64,000 nt of DNA, taken from positions 1-64,000 of the forward strand of contig JBKAGP010000001.1 in the NCBI GenBank assembly GCA_046290465.1. The letters are read 5' to 3'. Below the pieces are notes generated by a model. The model searched no databases and was not told the origin of the DNA. It saw nothing but the letters and a program-made list of their open reading frames with translations. Source of the DNA: Planctomycetota bacterium (GTDB taxonomy: Bacteria > Planctomycetota > UBA1135 > UBA2386). Positions within the stretch are counted from its first letter, which is position 1. Every line of letters starts with the position of its first letter. The translations under genes were made by a program, and so were the position numbers. This document shows, in pieces, positions 37,542-53,439 of this stretch.

Positions 37542-40500
37542 ATGCACACCCGTTTCGGAACCGTCGCCGTTCTCGCCCTGGCGCAAGCGATCGCCGCGCA
37601 GGGTCTGGTGGCCAACCTGGTCACCAACGCCAGCGGCCAGCCGTCCAGCGGCTTCGACCCCTATTACGTGATCGGCAGCCGCGCGGTGTTCGTCGCCGAC
37701 GGCCCGTTCGGCGAAGAGCCCTACGTCACCGATGGCACCGTGGCGGGCACCAGGATCCTCGCCGACCTGGTCGCGGTCGGCGAGAGCCGGCCACGGGACC
37801 TGGTGGTGCTGGGCAACGAAGTGCTGTTCTCGGCGGACGTGCCGGGGCTGGGCCGCGAGCTGTGGAAGACCGACGGCACCACGGCCGGCACGGTGCTGGT
37901 CGCCGACCTGCGGGCGGGGGACGTCGCGGGCAATCCACAGGAGCTGGTCGCGTTCGGTGGCTACGTCTGGTTCGCCGCCGACGACGGCAGCAACGGCCGC
38001 GAACTGTGGCGCAGCGACGGCACCGCGGCCGGCACGCAGCTGTACGCGGACGTGTTTCCCGGCGTGGGCGGCTCGGGGCCGCAGCAGCTGACCGTCGCCG
38101 GTGGCCGGCTGTTCTTCGCCGCCGACGCGCCCGGGTTCGGCGTCGAACTGCACGTGTTGGCGGGGCCCAACGGTGCGGTGTCGCTGGTCGAGGACCTGAC
38201 CCCCGGCGGTGCCAGCACCGGCTTCGCGTCGATGGCGCCGTTCGGCGGCAGCGTGCTGTTCGAGGCGTTCACGGCGGCCGGGCGTGAGCCGGCGGTCAGC
38301 GACGGCACGGCCGCCGGAACGTTCGTGCTGGCCGATCTGGAGGCCGGCAGCGGCAGTTCGGTGCCGCGCGGCTTCACGTCGCTCGGCGGGCTCGCCGTGT
38401 TCAGCGCGGTGACCGGCGCGCTCGGCCGCGAGCTCTACGTCACCGACGGCACGGTGGCCGGCACGTCGCTGCTGGCGGACATCCGGGCCGGCGCGCTCGA
38501 CGGTGGTCCCGAGGAGTTCGCCGCATTCGGCGGCGCCGTCTACTTCTCGGCGCGCTCCGATCCCAACGGCCGCGAACTGTGGCGCACCGACGGCACCGCG
38601 GCCGGCACGTTCGAGCTGGCCGACCTCAACCCGGGCTCGCTGCCGTCGAACCCGACCGGGTTCACGGCGTTCGCCGGGCAGCTGTGGTTCGGCGCGACCA
38701 GCCAGTCGGTCGGCACCGAGCTGTTCCGGACCGACGGCACCAGCACGGTGCTGGTCGCCAACCTGGTGGCCTCGTCGTCGTCGTTGCGGCCGCGCGGCCT
38801 GACCCCGTTCGGCGCAGAGCTGCTGTTCCGCGGTTCGTTCGGCAACGCCGGCTCCTTCGAGCCGTGCATCACCGACGGCACGCTCGCCGGCACGCAGCTG
38901 CTGGCCGACCTCGCGCCGGCGACCGCGGACTCGGATCCGGCACTGTTCCAGCGGCTCGGCAGCGAGGTCTGGTTCGTCGCCGACAACGACAACGTCGGTC
39001 GCGAACCGCTGCTGACCGACGGCACGGCGCAGGGCACGCGGCTGCTCGACGACCTCGTGCCGGGCGGCGGGGACAGCAGCCCGACGACGGCCGCGCGCCG
39101 CGGCGGCGAGATCTTCTTCGACGCGCAGCTGCCTGCGCAGGGCAGCCAGCTGCTGGTCAGCGACGGCACCGTCGCCGGCACCGTGCAGCTGACCGCGACC
39201 GCCGCGACGCTGCGGATCCGCAACCTGACGACGTTCGGCAACCTGGTGCTGTTCTCCGGCGACACGCCGGCCAGCGGGCGCGAGCCGTGGGTCAGCGACG
39301 GCACCGTTCCGGGCACGTTCGAACTGGGCGACCTGCGGCCGGGCAGCGCGGACAGTTCGTCCGGGCACCGGTTCGCGGTGGTGAACGGTGTCGCCGTGTT
39401 CGCCGCGAACGACGCCGTCAACGGCACCGAACTGTGGGGGACCGACGGCACCTCGGCCGGAACCCAGCTGCTCGTCGACCTGCGGCCCGGCGCGGGCAAC
39501 GCGAACCCGTCGGAGTTCACCCGGGTCGGCAACGTGCTCTACTTCACCTGCTCGACCCCGGCGTTCGGCCAAGAGCTGTGGCGCACCGACGGCACGGCGG
39601 CGGGCACGGTGCCGGTCGTCGACCTCGCCCCGGGCAGCCTCAGCAGCAGCCCGGCGCAGCTGACCGCGGCGGCAGCGGACCTCTACTTCACGGCCAACGT
39701 CGCCGGCGTGCGCACGATCCTGCGCACCGACGGCACCGCCGCCGGCACGGTCGCCGTGACCGACACCGGCACGACCGATCCGCAGAGCTTCCTCGACCTG
39801 ACGTGGACCCAGGCGGGCCTGTTCTTCCTGCACGACGACGGCCTCGGCAGCGGCCGCGAGCTGTGGCGGACCAGCGGTTCGCTGTCGACCACGCAGCTGG
39901 TGCGCGACATCGCGCCGGGCCTCGCCGACGGTCCGGTGCCGGGCACGCTGCTGTCGGCGATCGGCGGCACCCAGCTGCACTTCGCGGCCAACGACTTCGC
40001 CTCGGGCCTGCAGCTGTGGCTGTCGAACGGCACCGCGGCGACGACCCAGCAGGTGACGGCGTTCGGCGGGCCGGGCTTCGGCGCGGTGGTGCTGCGCGAC
40101 CTCTACTCGGACGGCGCGCGCACGTTCTTCGCGTGCGACGACGGCGTCAGTGGCGTCGAACCGTGGGTCTACGATCCCAGCAGCAGCAGCGTGTCGTTCG
40201 TGCTGCCGTACGGCAGTGCCTGCGCCGGCACGGCCGGCGACCCGCAGATCGGGGCGGTCGGGCTGCCGACGATCGGCAACGGTTCGTTCGCCCTGACCGT
40301 CGCGCAGGCGTTGCCGCAGTCGCTGGCGCTGCCGTTCGGCAGTGAAGGCGCGTCCAACCTGAGCCTGGGCGGCGGCTGCCGGCTGCTGCTCGACGTGCCG
40401 CTGGTGCCGTTCTCGGCGCTGGCCACCGACGCGGCAGGAACCGCCACGTTCGCGCTGCCGATCCCCAACGACCCGATGCTGGTCGGACGCAGCCTGTTCT

Positions 40501-40586
40501 TCCAGTGGGCGGTGCTCGACCCGTTGGGGCCGGTGCTCGGCGACTTCAGCGCGAGCGGCGGCCTGCAGGCGCAGATCGGCAGCTGA
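37542..40586 (+). CDS. Secreted ELWxxDGT-repeat (beta-propeller) protein
   Basis: Signal peptide from ATG 37542; about 18 repeats of the type GRELWRTDGTAAGT..LADL.PG; distinct ~130-aa C-terminal domain. Confidence 0.9.
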   Translation: MHTRFGTVAVLALAQAIAAQGLVANLVTNASGQPSSGFDPYYVIGSRAVFVADGPFGEEPYVTDGTVAGTRILADLVAVGESRPRDLVVLGNEVLFSADVPGLGRELWKTDGTTAGTVLVADLRAGDVAGNPQELVAFGGYVWFAADDGSNGRELWRSDGTAAGTQLYADVFPGVGGSGPQQLTVAGGRLFFAADAPGFGVELHVLAGPNGAVSLVEDLTPGGASTGFASMAPFGGSVLFEAFTAAGREPAVSDGTAAGTFVLADLEAGSGSSVPRGFTSLGGLAVFSAVTGALGRELYVTDGTVAGTSLLADIRAGALDGGPEEFAAFGGAVYFSARSDPNGRELWRTDGTAAGTFELADLNPGSLPSNPTGFTAFAGQLWFGATSQSVGTELFRTDGTSTVLVANLVASSSSLRPRGLTPFGAELLFRGSFGNAGSFEPCITDGTLAGTQLLADLAPATADSDPALFQRLGSEVWFVADNDNVGREPLLTDGTAQGTRLLDDLVPGGGDSSPTTAARRGGEIFFDAQLPAQGSQLLVSDGTVAGTVQLTATAATLRIRNLTTFGNLVLFSGDTPASGREPWVSDGTVPGTFELGDLRPGSADSSSGHRFAVVNGVAVFAANDAVNGTELWGTDGTSAGTQLLVDLRPGAGNANPSEFTRVGNVLYFTCSTPAFGQELWRTDGTAAGTVPVVDLAPGSLSSSPAQLTAAAADLYFTANVAGVRTILRTDGTAAGTVAVTDTGTTDPQSFLDLTWTQAGLFFLHDDGLGSGRELWRTSGSLSTTQLVRDIAPGLADGPVPGTLLSAIGGTQLHFAANDFASGLQLWLSNGTAATTQQVTAFGGPGFGAVVLRDLYSDGARTFFACDDGVSGVEPWVYDPSSSSVSFVLPYGSACAGTAGDPQIGAVGLPTIGNGSFALTVAQALPQSLALPFGSEGASNLSLGGGCRLLLDVPLVPFSALATDAAGTATFALPIPNDPMLVGRSLFFQWAVLDPLGPVLGDFSASGGLQAQIGS

Positions 40587-40607
40587 CGACGGCGATCGCC
40601 CGCGCCG

Positions 40608-42025
<1,418 letters not shown>

Positions 42026-42029
<4 letters not shown>

Positions 42030-43489
42030 GGCTGCGGCCTCCGCTGGTGGTGTGCGGTGTGCTGCTGGAACACGTGCGCGACCTCGAGCACGCGGCCGTC
42101 GGCGCCGTGCGGCGCCATCACCTGCATGCCGACCGGCCGGCCGTCGTCGGTCGGCGCGCACGGCATCGACAGGGCCGGGATCCCGGCGAGGCTCGCCGGC
42201 ACCGTCAGCGCGTCCCACAGGTAGCGCTGCAGCGGGTCGTCGGCAGCTTCGCCGAAGCGCGGTGCCGCGGTCGGCGAGGTCGGACAGACCAGCACGTCGC
42301 AGTCGGTGAACGCGCGCACGAAGTCGCGCTGCACGGCGCGACGGGCCAGCCGCGCCTTGTCGTAGTACTGCGCGCTGTGGCCGATCGACGTCGCGAACGT
42401 GCCGAGCAGGATGCGCAGCTGCACCTCCTCGCCGAAGCCGCTGCTGCGGGTCCGGGTCGTCATCTCGGCCTGGGTCCTGGCGTGCTCGCCGCCGCGCCAG
42501 CCGTAGTGCACGCCGTCGTAGCGGGCAAGGTTGGACGCCGCCTCGGACGTCGCCAGCAGGTAGTAGGCGGCCACCGCGTGCTGGGCGCTCGGCAGGCTCG
42601 CGTCGACGACCTCGGCGCCGCGGTCGCGCAGCGACTCGATCGCGGCACGGGTGCTGCGCAGCACCTGCTCGTCGATGCCGGGGCCGTTGAGTTCGCGCGG
42701 TACGCCGACGCGCACGCCATGCAGGTCCGTTCGTCCGGCGAGGCCGGCGCGCACCGGCGGCAGCGTGGCGATGCTGGTGGCGTCCGCCTCGTGCCGGCCG
42801 CTGGCGCAGTCGAGCCAGAGCGCCAGGTCCTCCGCGGTGCGCGCGATCGCGCCGACGCAGTCGAGCGAGCTGGCGTAGGCGATCAGGCCGTAGCGCGGCA
42901 CGCGGCCGTAGGTCGGCTTGAGGCCGGTGACGCCGCACAGCGCCGCCGGTTGCCGCACCGAGCCGCCGGTGTCGCTGCCGATCGCCAGCGGGCACAGGTC
43001 GGCGGCGACCGCCGCGGCGCTGCCGCCGCTGCTGCCGCCCGGCACCAGGTCGCGGCCGAACGGGTTGCGGGTGCGCTGGCACGACGAGGTCTCGGTGGTG
43101 CTGCCCATGCCGAACTCGTCCATGTTGGTGCGCCCCAGCAGCACCCCGTCGTCGCGCTCGAGCCGCTCGAGCGAGGCGGCCGTGAATGGCGCCGTGAACG
43201 TCGACAGCATGCGGCTGCCGGCGGTGGCGTTCTCGCCGTGCACGAGCAGGTTGTCCTTGATGCCGATCGGGACGCCGGCGAGCGCACCGAGCGGCTCGCC
43301 GGCCTCGCGACGGCGGTCGACCTCGGCGGCGCGGGCACGCGCGCGGTCGGCGAAGGTGCCGCAGAACGCGCCGATCTCGGGGTCGACGGCGGCGATCCGC
43401 GTCAGCTGTGCCTCAAGCACGTCGGTCGCGCTGCGCGCGCCGCTGCGCACGGCGTCGGCGAGCGCGGTTGCGGTGGGGTGGTCCGACAT
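42026..43489 (-). CDS. gatA: Asp/Glu-tRNA amidotransferase subunit A
   Basis: IKDN, NMDEFGMGS, PGGSSGGS, GSDTGGSVRQPA, SNLARYDG. Confidence 0.96.
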
Positions 43490-43493
43490 CGCC

Positions 43494-43802
43494 CTACGGC
43501 TCCACCACGCGCGGCACGACGAAGCTGTCGGCGGCGGTCTGCGGGGCGTTCTGCAGCACGTCGGCCACGCTCGGCACCGGCTCGGGCACGTCCGGGCGCA
43601 GCGTTTCGGGGCGCACCGTGGCGGCGTCCGGCGCGGTCGTTCCGGCCTCGCCCAGCGCCGCGGTTTCGAGTGTCGAAAAAGCCTCGACCAGCGCCTGCAG
43701 CTTGGTGCGTAGGGCTTCCTGGCGCTGCTCGGGCAGGCTGAGACGGGCGAGTTCGCCCAGGTAGGCAACCAGGTCGGCGTCGATCGGCGGTGGGTTCGGC
43801 AT
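43494..43802 (-). CDS. gatC: Asp/Glu-tRNA amidotransferase subunit C
   Basis: LARL, LRPD, LQNAP...FVVPRV; first gene of gatCAB. Confidence 0.9.
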   Translation of the reverse strand: MPNPPPIDADLVAYLGELARLSLPEQRQEALRTKLQALVEAFSTLETAALGEAGTTAPDAATVRPETLRPDVPEPVPSVADVLQNAPQTAADSFVVPRVVEP

Positions 43803-44002
43803 GTGGAAAGCGGACGTAAGTGGACCGTAATTCCCGCCCTGGGGCGAGCGGGCCGGTCGTTTTGCACGCGGATGTTGGCGGAAGGTGCTTTTCAGGGCTA
43901 GCATTCGGCCCTGGCGTGCGCTGACGGGCGCCGCTCTCGTCCGCATCCCGGGATCGGTCAGACCGGGGCGGTGACGGGAGCGTTCGTCATGCCGTCCCGA
44001 TC

Positions 44003-44545
44003 ATGGATAACCCCGAACTAGTCGTCGTCGGACTCACCTGCAACGTGGTGGGCGTGTTCTTCCTGGCGAACTCGATCCGCTTCCGCGAGCCGCGGAAGGC
44101 GCTGCGCGATGCTTTGGGCGTCGCCGGCCGAAGCCTGCTGAAGGTGCGGGACACCGCGCTGAACAACATGCAGGTGATCATCGGATTCCTGTTCTTGACG
44201 ACCGGGTTCCTGCTCCAGATCGTCGCGCACTGGGACATGCGGCTGACCACGCTGCTGTCGTGCGCGGGCATCATCGCGTTCGCCGGCGCGGTCTACGCGA
44301 TCGGCGCCTACAGCAGCCGCCGCGCGTTCCGCCGCCTGCTGCGCGAGTTCTTCCAGAGCCAGGCGTGGTCGTTCCAGGACGACATGGAGCTGACCAAGGA
44401 GATCGGCGAGATCCTCGGGGTGCCGCACACCAAGGACATGACGGTCGAAGCCTACGTGCACCGCGTGCGCCAGGCGCTCGGCGTCAAGGAGCAGAAGTCG
44501 GGCGCCGCCGAGCGGGCCCGCCGCATCGCGCTGCCGGGCAGGTAG
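44003..44545 (+). CDS. Hypothetical membrane protein
   Basis: 3 TM segments; strong GC3 bias. Confidence 0.75.
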   Translation: MDNPELVVVGLTCNVVGVFFLANSIRFREPRKALRDALGVAGRSLLKVRDTALNNMQVIIGFLFLTTGFLLQIVAHWDMRLTTLLSCAGIIAFAGAVYAIGAYSSRRAFRRLLREFFQSQAWSFQDDMELTKEIGEILGVPHTKDMTVEAYVHRVRQALGVKEQKSGAAERARRIALPGR

Positions 44546-44629
44546 CGCGCGCGTTCGGGCCCGGCCCGGGCATCGGCACCTCGCCGCGAACTTCGCGGCG
44601 CAGATTGCGCCGAGCGATGCCACCACGGT

Positions 44630-45355
44630 GTGCATCCGCTCTGGACCCCGCGCGTCCGCCGCTGCGCCCGCGATTTGGTGGGCGCCGGCCTCGACCTGTT
44701 GCTGCCGCCGGTCTGTCCCGCCTGCGGCGACGCGGCGCGCGGGCTGTGCCAACCGTGCCACCGGCAGCTGTCGCGCCGGCCCGAGCTCGGCTGCGTGCGC
44801 TGCGGCGACCCGGTGCTGGCGACGGCGCGCTGTGGCCGCCGTCACGACGACCTGCGCCGGGTCTCGCAGCTGGTGGCGCCGCTGCGGTTCGTCGGCACCG
44901 GCGGGCGGCTGGTGCGGCGCTTCAAGCTCGACGGGGACGCGACGGCCGGGCGCCTGCTGGCGCGCGAGATGGCCGACGCCTGGCGCGTGGCCGGCCGGAT
45001 GCCGCGGCCGCTGCTTGTGCCGGTGCCGCTGCACCGCGCGCGGCTGCGGCGACGCGGCTTCGACCAGGCGCGCTGGCTGGCTTCGGGCGTCGCCGAACGG
45101 CTGCGCCTGCGCGCGCTGGCCGGCGTGCTGGCCAGGGTGCGGGCGACCAGGCCGCAGGGTGACCCCCTGGTGCGTTCGCGCGCCGACAACGTGCGCGGCG
45201 CGTTCGCGGTCCGGCGTCCGAAGGCGATCCGTGGGCGCGACGTGCTGCTGGTCGACGACGTGTTCACGACCGGGGCGACCGCGCGCGCCTGCGCCGGCAT
45301 CCTGCGCGAGGCCGGTGCGCGCTCGGTGTCGCTACTGGTGGCGTGCCGGAGCTGA
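44630..45355 (+). CDS. comF: ComF family protein (zinc ribbon plus PRTase)
   Basis: CPAC, CQPC, CVRCG; VPVPLH, RGFDQA, LLVDDVFTTGAT. Confidence 0.88.
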   Translation: MHPLWTPRVRRCARDLVGAGLDLLLPPVCPACGDAARGLCQPCHRQLSRRPELGCVRCGDPVLATARCGRRHDDLRRVSQLVAPLRFVGTGGRLVRRFKLDGDATAGRLLAREMADAWRVAGRMPRPLLVPVPLHRARLRRRGFDQARWLASGVAERLRLRALAGVLARVRATRPQGDPLVRSRADNVRGAFAVRRPKAIRGRDVLLVDDVFTTGATARACAGILREAGARSVSLLVACRS

Positions 45356-46717
45356 GCGCAGCCGTTCGATGCCGCAGCCGATCGCGAACGCGGCGATCGC
45401 GGCGGCGAGCGAGGTCATGTACGGGTGCGGGATCGCGTCCGGCAGCAGGTGGCGGCCGGTCACCCAGACCCCGAGGCCGGCCAGCAGGGTCAGGTTGGCG
45501 GCGAGGCTGCGGCCGCGGCGGCCGTAGAGGCCGACGCACGCCAGCACGAACACGCCGGCGCTGCCGAAGCCCGAGGCCTCCTCGACCAGGTCGGCCACGT
45601 TCCAGTCCGAACTCGCCAGCAGGTAGGCGGCGAGGCCGCCGCCGACGACGCTCCAGCGCGCCAGCCGCAGGCGGCCGACGGCGGGGTCGTGGGCGGCGCT
45701 GCGTGGCGTCAGGTTGCGGGCCACCAGCGACGACACGACCAGCAGGCAGCTGTCGACCGTCGACAGGATCGCAGCGATCAGCGCGCCGGCGAACACCACG
45801 TTGAGCGCGGTCGGGAGCAGTTCGCGGCTCAGCTGCGGCAGGATGCTCTCGGGGTCGACCAGGTCGGGCAGGAAGCGCGGCCCGACGGCGCCGATCGCCA
45901 GCGGGATCACGCCGACCGCGATGTAGATGGCGCCGCCGGTGATCGCGGCCCGGCGCGCGACCGAGGCGCTGCGGGCCGCGAGCGAGCGCGAGACGACCTC
46001 CTGCGCGACCACCGAGCCGCAGATCGGGATCGCCCACTCCTCGAACTGGGCGAACCAGCCGGACGGCGTGGGTGGGGGAGCGGCAGGTGCGGTCGCGACG
46101 GCGGCGGCTGCGTCGTCGGGCGGCAGGTTCCACCAGACGGCGACGGCCAGCGCGGCCAGGCCGAGCAGCAACGCGCCGCACTGCACGACGTCGGTGTAGA
46201 CGTCGGCGAGCAGGCCACCGGCGACCGTGTAGACGATGGCGATGGCGGCGGCGATCGCGATCGCGGTTTCGACGCCGAGCAGGCCGTCGGAGTTGACCGC
46301 CACGACCTGCCCGAAGGCGCGGATCTGGGCGGCCGCCCACAACAGCGACGACGGCAGCAGCAGCGCAGCGGCCAGCCGTTCGCTCGAAGGGCCGAAGCGG
46401 CGCGACAGGAAGTCGGCCATCGTCGTGATCCGCAGCCGCCACAGCCGGGCCGAGAAGAACAGGCCGGTCAGGACCAGGCACAGGCCGTAGGCGAACGGTT
46501 CCGGGGCGTTCCAGGTCCAGCCGGTGCCGTAGGCGGCGCCGGCCGCACCGACGCAGCTCTCGGCGCCGAACCAGGTCGCGAAGATGCTGGTCGCCGCCAG
46601 CGCAGGACCCAGGCTGCGGCCGGCGACCAGGAAGTCGTCCTCGCTGCGGATCTGGCGCAGGGCCCACAGTGCCACCGCAAGTTGCACGGCGACAAAGGCG
46701 AACAGCAGGAGCAGCAC
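45332..46717 (-). CDS. Sodium:solute symporter family protein
   Basis: DFLVAGRSLG, ATWFGAE, YTVAGGLLADVYTD, AAILSTVDS; start inferred. Confidence 0.9.
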   Translation of the reverse strand: MLLLLFAFVAVQLAVALWALRQIRSEDDFLVAGRSLGPALAATSIFATWFGAESCVGAAGAAYGTGWTWNAPEPFAYGLCLVLTGLFFSARLWRLRITTMADFLSRRFGPSSERLAAALLLPSSLLWAAAQIRAFGQVVAVNSDGLLGVETAIAIAAAIAIVYTVAGGLLADVYTDVVQCGALLLGLAALAVAVWWNLPPDDAAAAVATAPAAPPPTPSGWFAQFEEWAIPICGSVVAQEVVSRSLAARSASVARRAAITGGAIYIAVGVIPLAIGAVGPRFLPDLVDPESILPQLSRELLPTALNVVFAGALIAAILSTVDSCLLVVSSLVARNLTPRSAAHDPAVGRLRLARWSVVGGGLAAYLLASSDWNVADLVEEASGFGSAGVFVLACVGLYGRRGRSLAANLTLLAGLGVWVTGRHLLPDAIPHPYMTSLAAAIAAFAIGCGIERLRSAPARHQ

Positions 46718-46780
46718 GGCGCCTTGGTAGCGGACCAGGGCGCAGGAGCAAGGCCTTGCGGCCGGGCGGGGGCCGAGCCG

Positions 46781-46829
46781 ACAAAAAAAGAGCACGTGGG
46801 CTTGACGTTCTCGGCTGGCTCGCTACCTT
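46781..46829 (+). promoter_or_regulatory. Putative sigma70 rRNA operon promoter
   Basis: TTGACG (46802-46807), 16-nt spacer, TACCTT (46824-46829); A-tract UP-like element upstream; boxA-like gatctttggca at ~46871. Confidence 0.65.
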
Positions 46830-47075
46830 CTCTCGCCGCCGTGAGCGAGCGCAAGCCGCCCAGGGGGAACGATCTTTGGCATTCTGGGTGGCCTCGAAAG
46901 TAAGCGTGTGAGCTTATTGAGGTTGGTTCTCGCGGTTTCCGGCGCTTGCGTCGGGCAGCGGGGACCGGCAAGCCGCTCATGCTCGGAATGCGGTGGGATG
47001 CATCAGCATCTTGTCGTTCGGGTGTGAGTTAGCGACAAAGCCAAAGAGAATGACCCTGTGTTGTTCAACGAACAT

Positions 47076-48633
<1,558 letters not shown>

Positions 48634-48816
48634 TAAGGAACCTTGTCGGTGGACCTCTAATCCACCGATAACCACAGGGGCTTGCACGCTCTTCTCGAGG
48701 CCACCCTATTTTCTTCTCTCTCGGACTGTTCGCAGACGAGTCAGCAGAGCTGCCAGCGCGGACGAGGTTCGTGCCAGGCGCCAGGTGACGAGTCGGCGAT
48801 CGGCCGACCGCAGCCT

Positions 48817-48893
48817 TGGCCTATAGCTCAGCTGGTTAGAGCGTACGCCTGATAAGCGTAAGGTCGGTGGTTCGAATCCACCTAGGCCAACCA
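48817..48893 (+). tRNA. tRNA-Ile(GAT)
   Basis: Cloverleaf; acceptor stem TGGCCTA/TAGGCCA; anticodon loop CTGATAA; encoded CCA. Confidence 0.97.
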
Positions 48894-48917
48894 TTCTGCG
48901 GCCTCTCCGCTCACGGC

Positions 48918-48993
48918 GGGGACGTAGCTCAATTGGTAGAGCACCTGCTTTGCAAGCAGGAAGTTGTGGGTTCAAGTCCCGTCGTCTCCACCA
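48918..48993 (+). tRNA. tRNA-Ala(TGC)
   Basis: Cloverleaf; G3:U70 pair; anticodon loop TTTGCAA; encoded CCA. Confidence 0.97.
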
Positions 48994-49107
48994 GTTCGGA
49001 GCGCCTGATGCAGCTTGCTGGTCGGCAAATTGCTGGTCAGGAGCGAGAGAGATGGAAGCGAACACGACGCGTTCGGTTCGAGCGAAAGCTCACCGTGCGA
49101 GTCGACG

Positions 49108-49119
49108 TGCTCTTTGACA
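49108..49119 (+). promoter_or_regulatory. boxA antitermination element in the ITS
   Basis: tgctctttgaca matches the boxA consensus TGCTCTTTAACA, just before 23S. Confidence 0.85.
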
Positions 49120-49166
49120 AGTAGGGTTGGTGGAACGAGATCGTCGAGGATCTCGAGTGAGAATCA

Positions 49167-52071
<2,905 letters not shown>

Positions 52072-52182
52072 TCATTTTCACTCGCTGGCAGCAGCAGCTG
52101 CAGATTCTCGACGACTCGTTCCACCAACCCTTCTTATCTCCTCGCGGAGGCAGCTCGACTGTCCGCCGCGTGGACAAGCGCC

Positions 52183-52291
52183 TCCCGGTGCCCATACCAG
52201 ACTGGAAATACCCGTTCCCTTTCCGAACACGGCAGTCAAGCAGTCTGGGCCGATGATAGTGCTATGCGCGAAAGTAGGTCAGTGCCGGGTC
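52183..52291 (+). rRNA. rrf: 5S rRNA (short, ~109 nt)
   Basis: Terminal helix cccggtg/tgccggg; ccgaacac...gtcaag; gccgatgatagt; aagtagg. Confidence 0.93.
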
Positions 52292-52299
52292 ATTCTTCC

Positions 52300-52342
52300 A
52301 ACAGCTCCGTCGTCCGTCAGGACGGCGGAGCTGTTTTCATTT
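52300..52342 (+). terminator. Intrinsic terminator of the rRNA operon
   Basis: aacagctccgtcgtcc-gtca-ggacggcggagctgtt followed by a T-rich tail. Confidence 0.88.
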
Positions 52343-52350
52343 GTGGGCCA

Positions 52351-52495
52351 CGTCAGCAAGGCGAGGTCAGCAAGGCCAGAGCAGCAAGGACGGTCCGCGT
52401 TGTGTGGTCAGCTAGGCCTGATCAGCTGGTTCTGGTCAGCTAAGCTCGGTCAGCTTTGGCCAGCTCAGCGACGGTCAGCTCAGCGACGGCCAGGC
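52351..52495. repeat. Degenerate 15-nt periodic repeat (gtcagc core)
   Basis: gtcagcaaggc / gtcagctaggc / gtcagctaagc / cagctcagcgacgg copies at ~15-nt spacing. Confidence 0.7.
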
Positions 52496-52591
52496 CGGCG
52501 GCGTCCAGGTCCGGCGGGCGGCTCCGGCTCGGGACACGTCCGTCGGCCGCGCCATTTACGGACGCGGCCTCGACCTCTAACGTCCCTGGCA

Positions 52592-53362
52592 ATGAGCGAC
52601 GGCGCGCGGATGCCTGGGGTGCCCGAGGCACGCACGGACCCGGTCCTGCGTCGCTATCCCCTGCGCCGAGTGCGCCTTCCTGTCGGACAGGGCCAGCTGT
52701 CGCTGGTGGTTCCGGATGAACGCGCGTGGATGCGCGAGGGCACGTGGGCCCCTTCGGTCGTGCTCGGCAAGGAGCCTCCGTACTGGATCCGGATCTGGCC
52801 GGCCGCGCTGGCGACGGCGCGCGCGGTGCAGCGGGTCACGGATCTCGGTCAGGCGTCGGTTCTCGACCTCGGCTGCGGGCTCGGGATTCCTGGTGTGCTG
52901 GCGGCTGCGGGCGGTGCGAAGGTCACGTTCGCCGATCTGGAGCCGGACGCGCTGGCGTTTGCGTGCTGGAACGGCCGAATCCAGCCCGGTCGGCGATGCG
53001 ATCCAACAGGAGTGGCGTTGGATTGGGCACAGGGGCTCGTGCCCGGTTCGTTCGACCTGCTGCTGCTGTCCGACGTCAGTTACCACCACAAGCACCATGC
53101 TCCACTGCGGCGCCACCTCGAGCATGCCCTGGCTGCGGATGGTGCGGCGCTGCATGCCGATCCGCACCGGGACCTGGCCTCGCGGTTCCTGCAGCAGTTG
53201 CCCGAACCGTTCGTCACGGCGAGCTGGACGCGGCCGACGCTGTGCCAGGACCGGCGCGCGGATGTGCGCCTGACGTTGATCTCCCGCGGCCGCAGCCTGC
53301 TCGACCGCTGGCGCGCCCGCTTCGCCGTTCCCTCCGACAAAGGTCCCGCCGCTGGCGCGTGA
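52592..53362 (+). CDS. Class I SAM methyltransferase (Methyltransf_16-like)
   Basis: PPYWIRIWPAA, VLDLGCGLG, FDLLLLSDVSY. Confidence 0.85.
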   Translation: MSDGARMPGVPEARTDPVLRRYPLRRVRLPVGQGQLSLVVPDERAWMREGTWAPSVVLGKEPPYWIRIWPAALATARAVQRVTDLGQASVLDLGCGLGIPGVLAAAGGAKVTFADLEPDALAFACWNGRIQPGRRCDPTGVALDWAQGLVPGSFDLLLLSDVSYHHKHHAPLRRHLEHALAADGAALHADPHRDLASRFLQQLPEPFVTASWTRPTLCQDRRADVRLTLISRGRSLLDRWRARFAVPSDKGPAAGA

Positions 53363-53439
53363 ATCCCCACGCGGCCGAACCGACGAAGAACGCGGGGCGC
53401 AACCGTCGGTGATCCACCTGCTGCGTCTCGCCCGACCCC

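Noticed and set aside
48817..48993. tRNA-targeted integration site or prophage
   Set aside because: These are ordinary ITS tRNAs; no integrase or duplicated 3' end was seen
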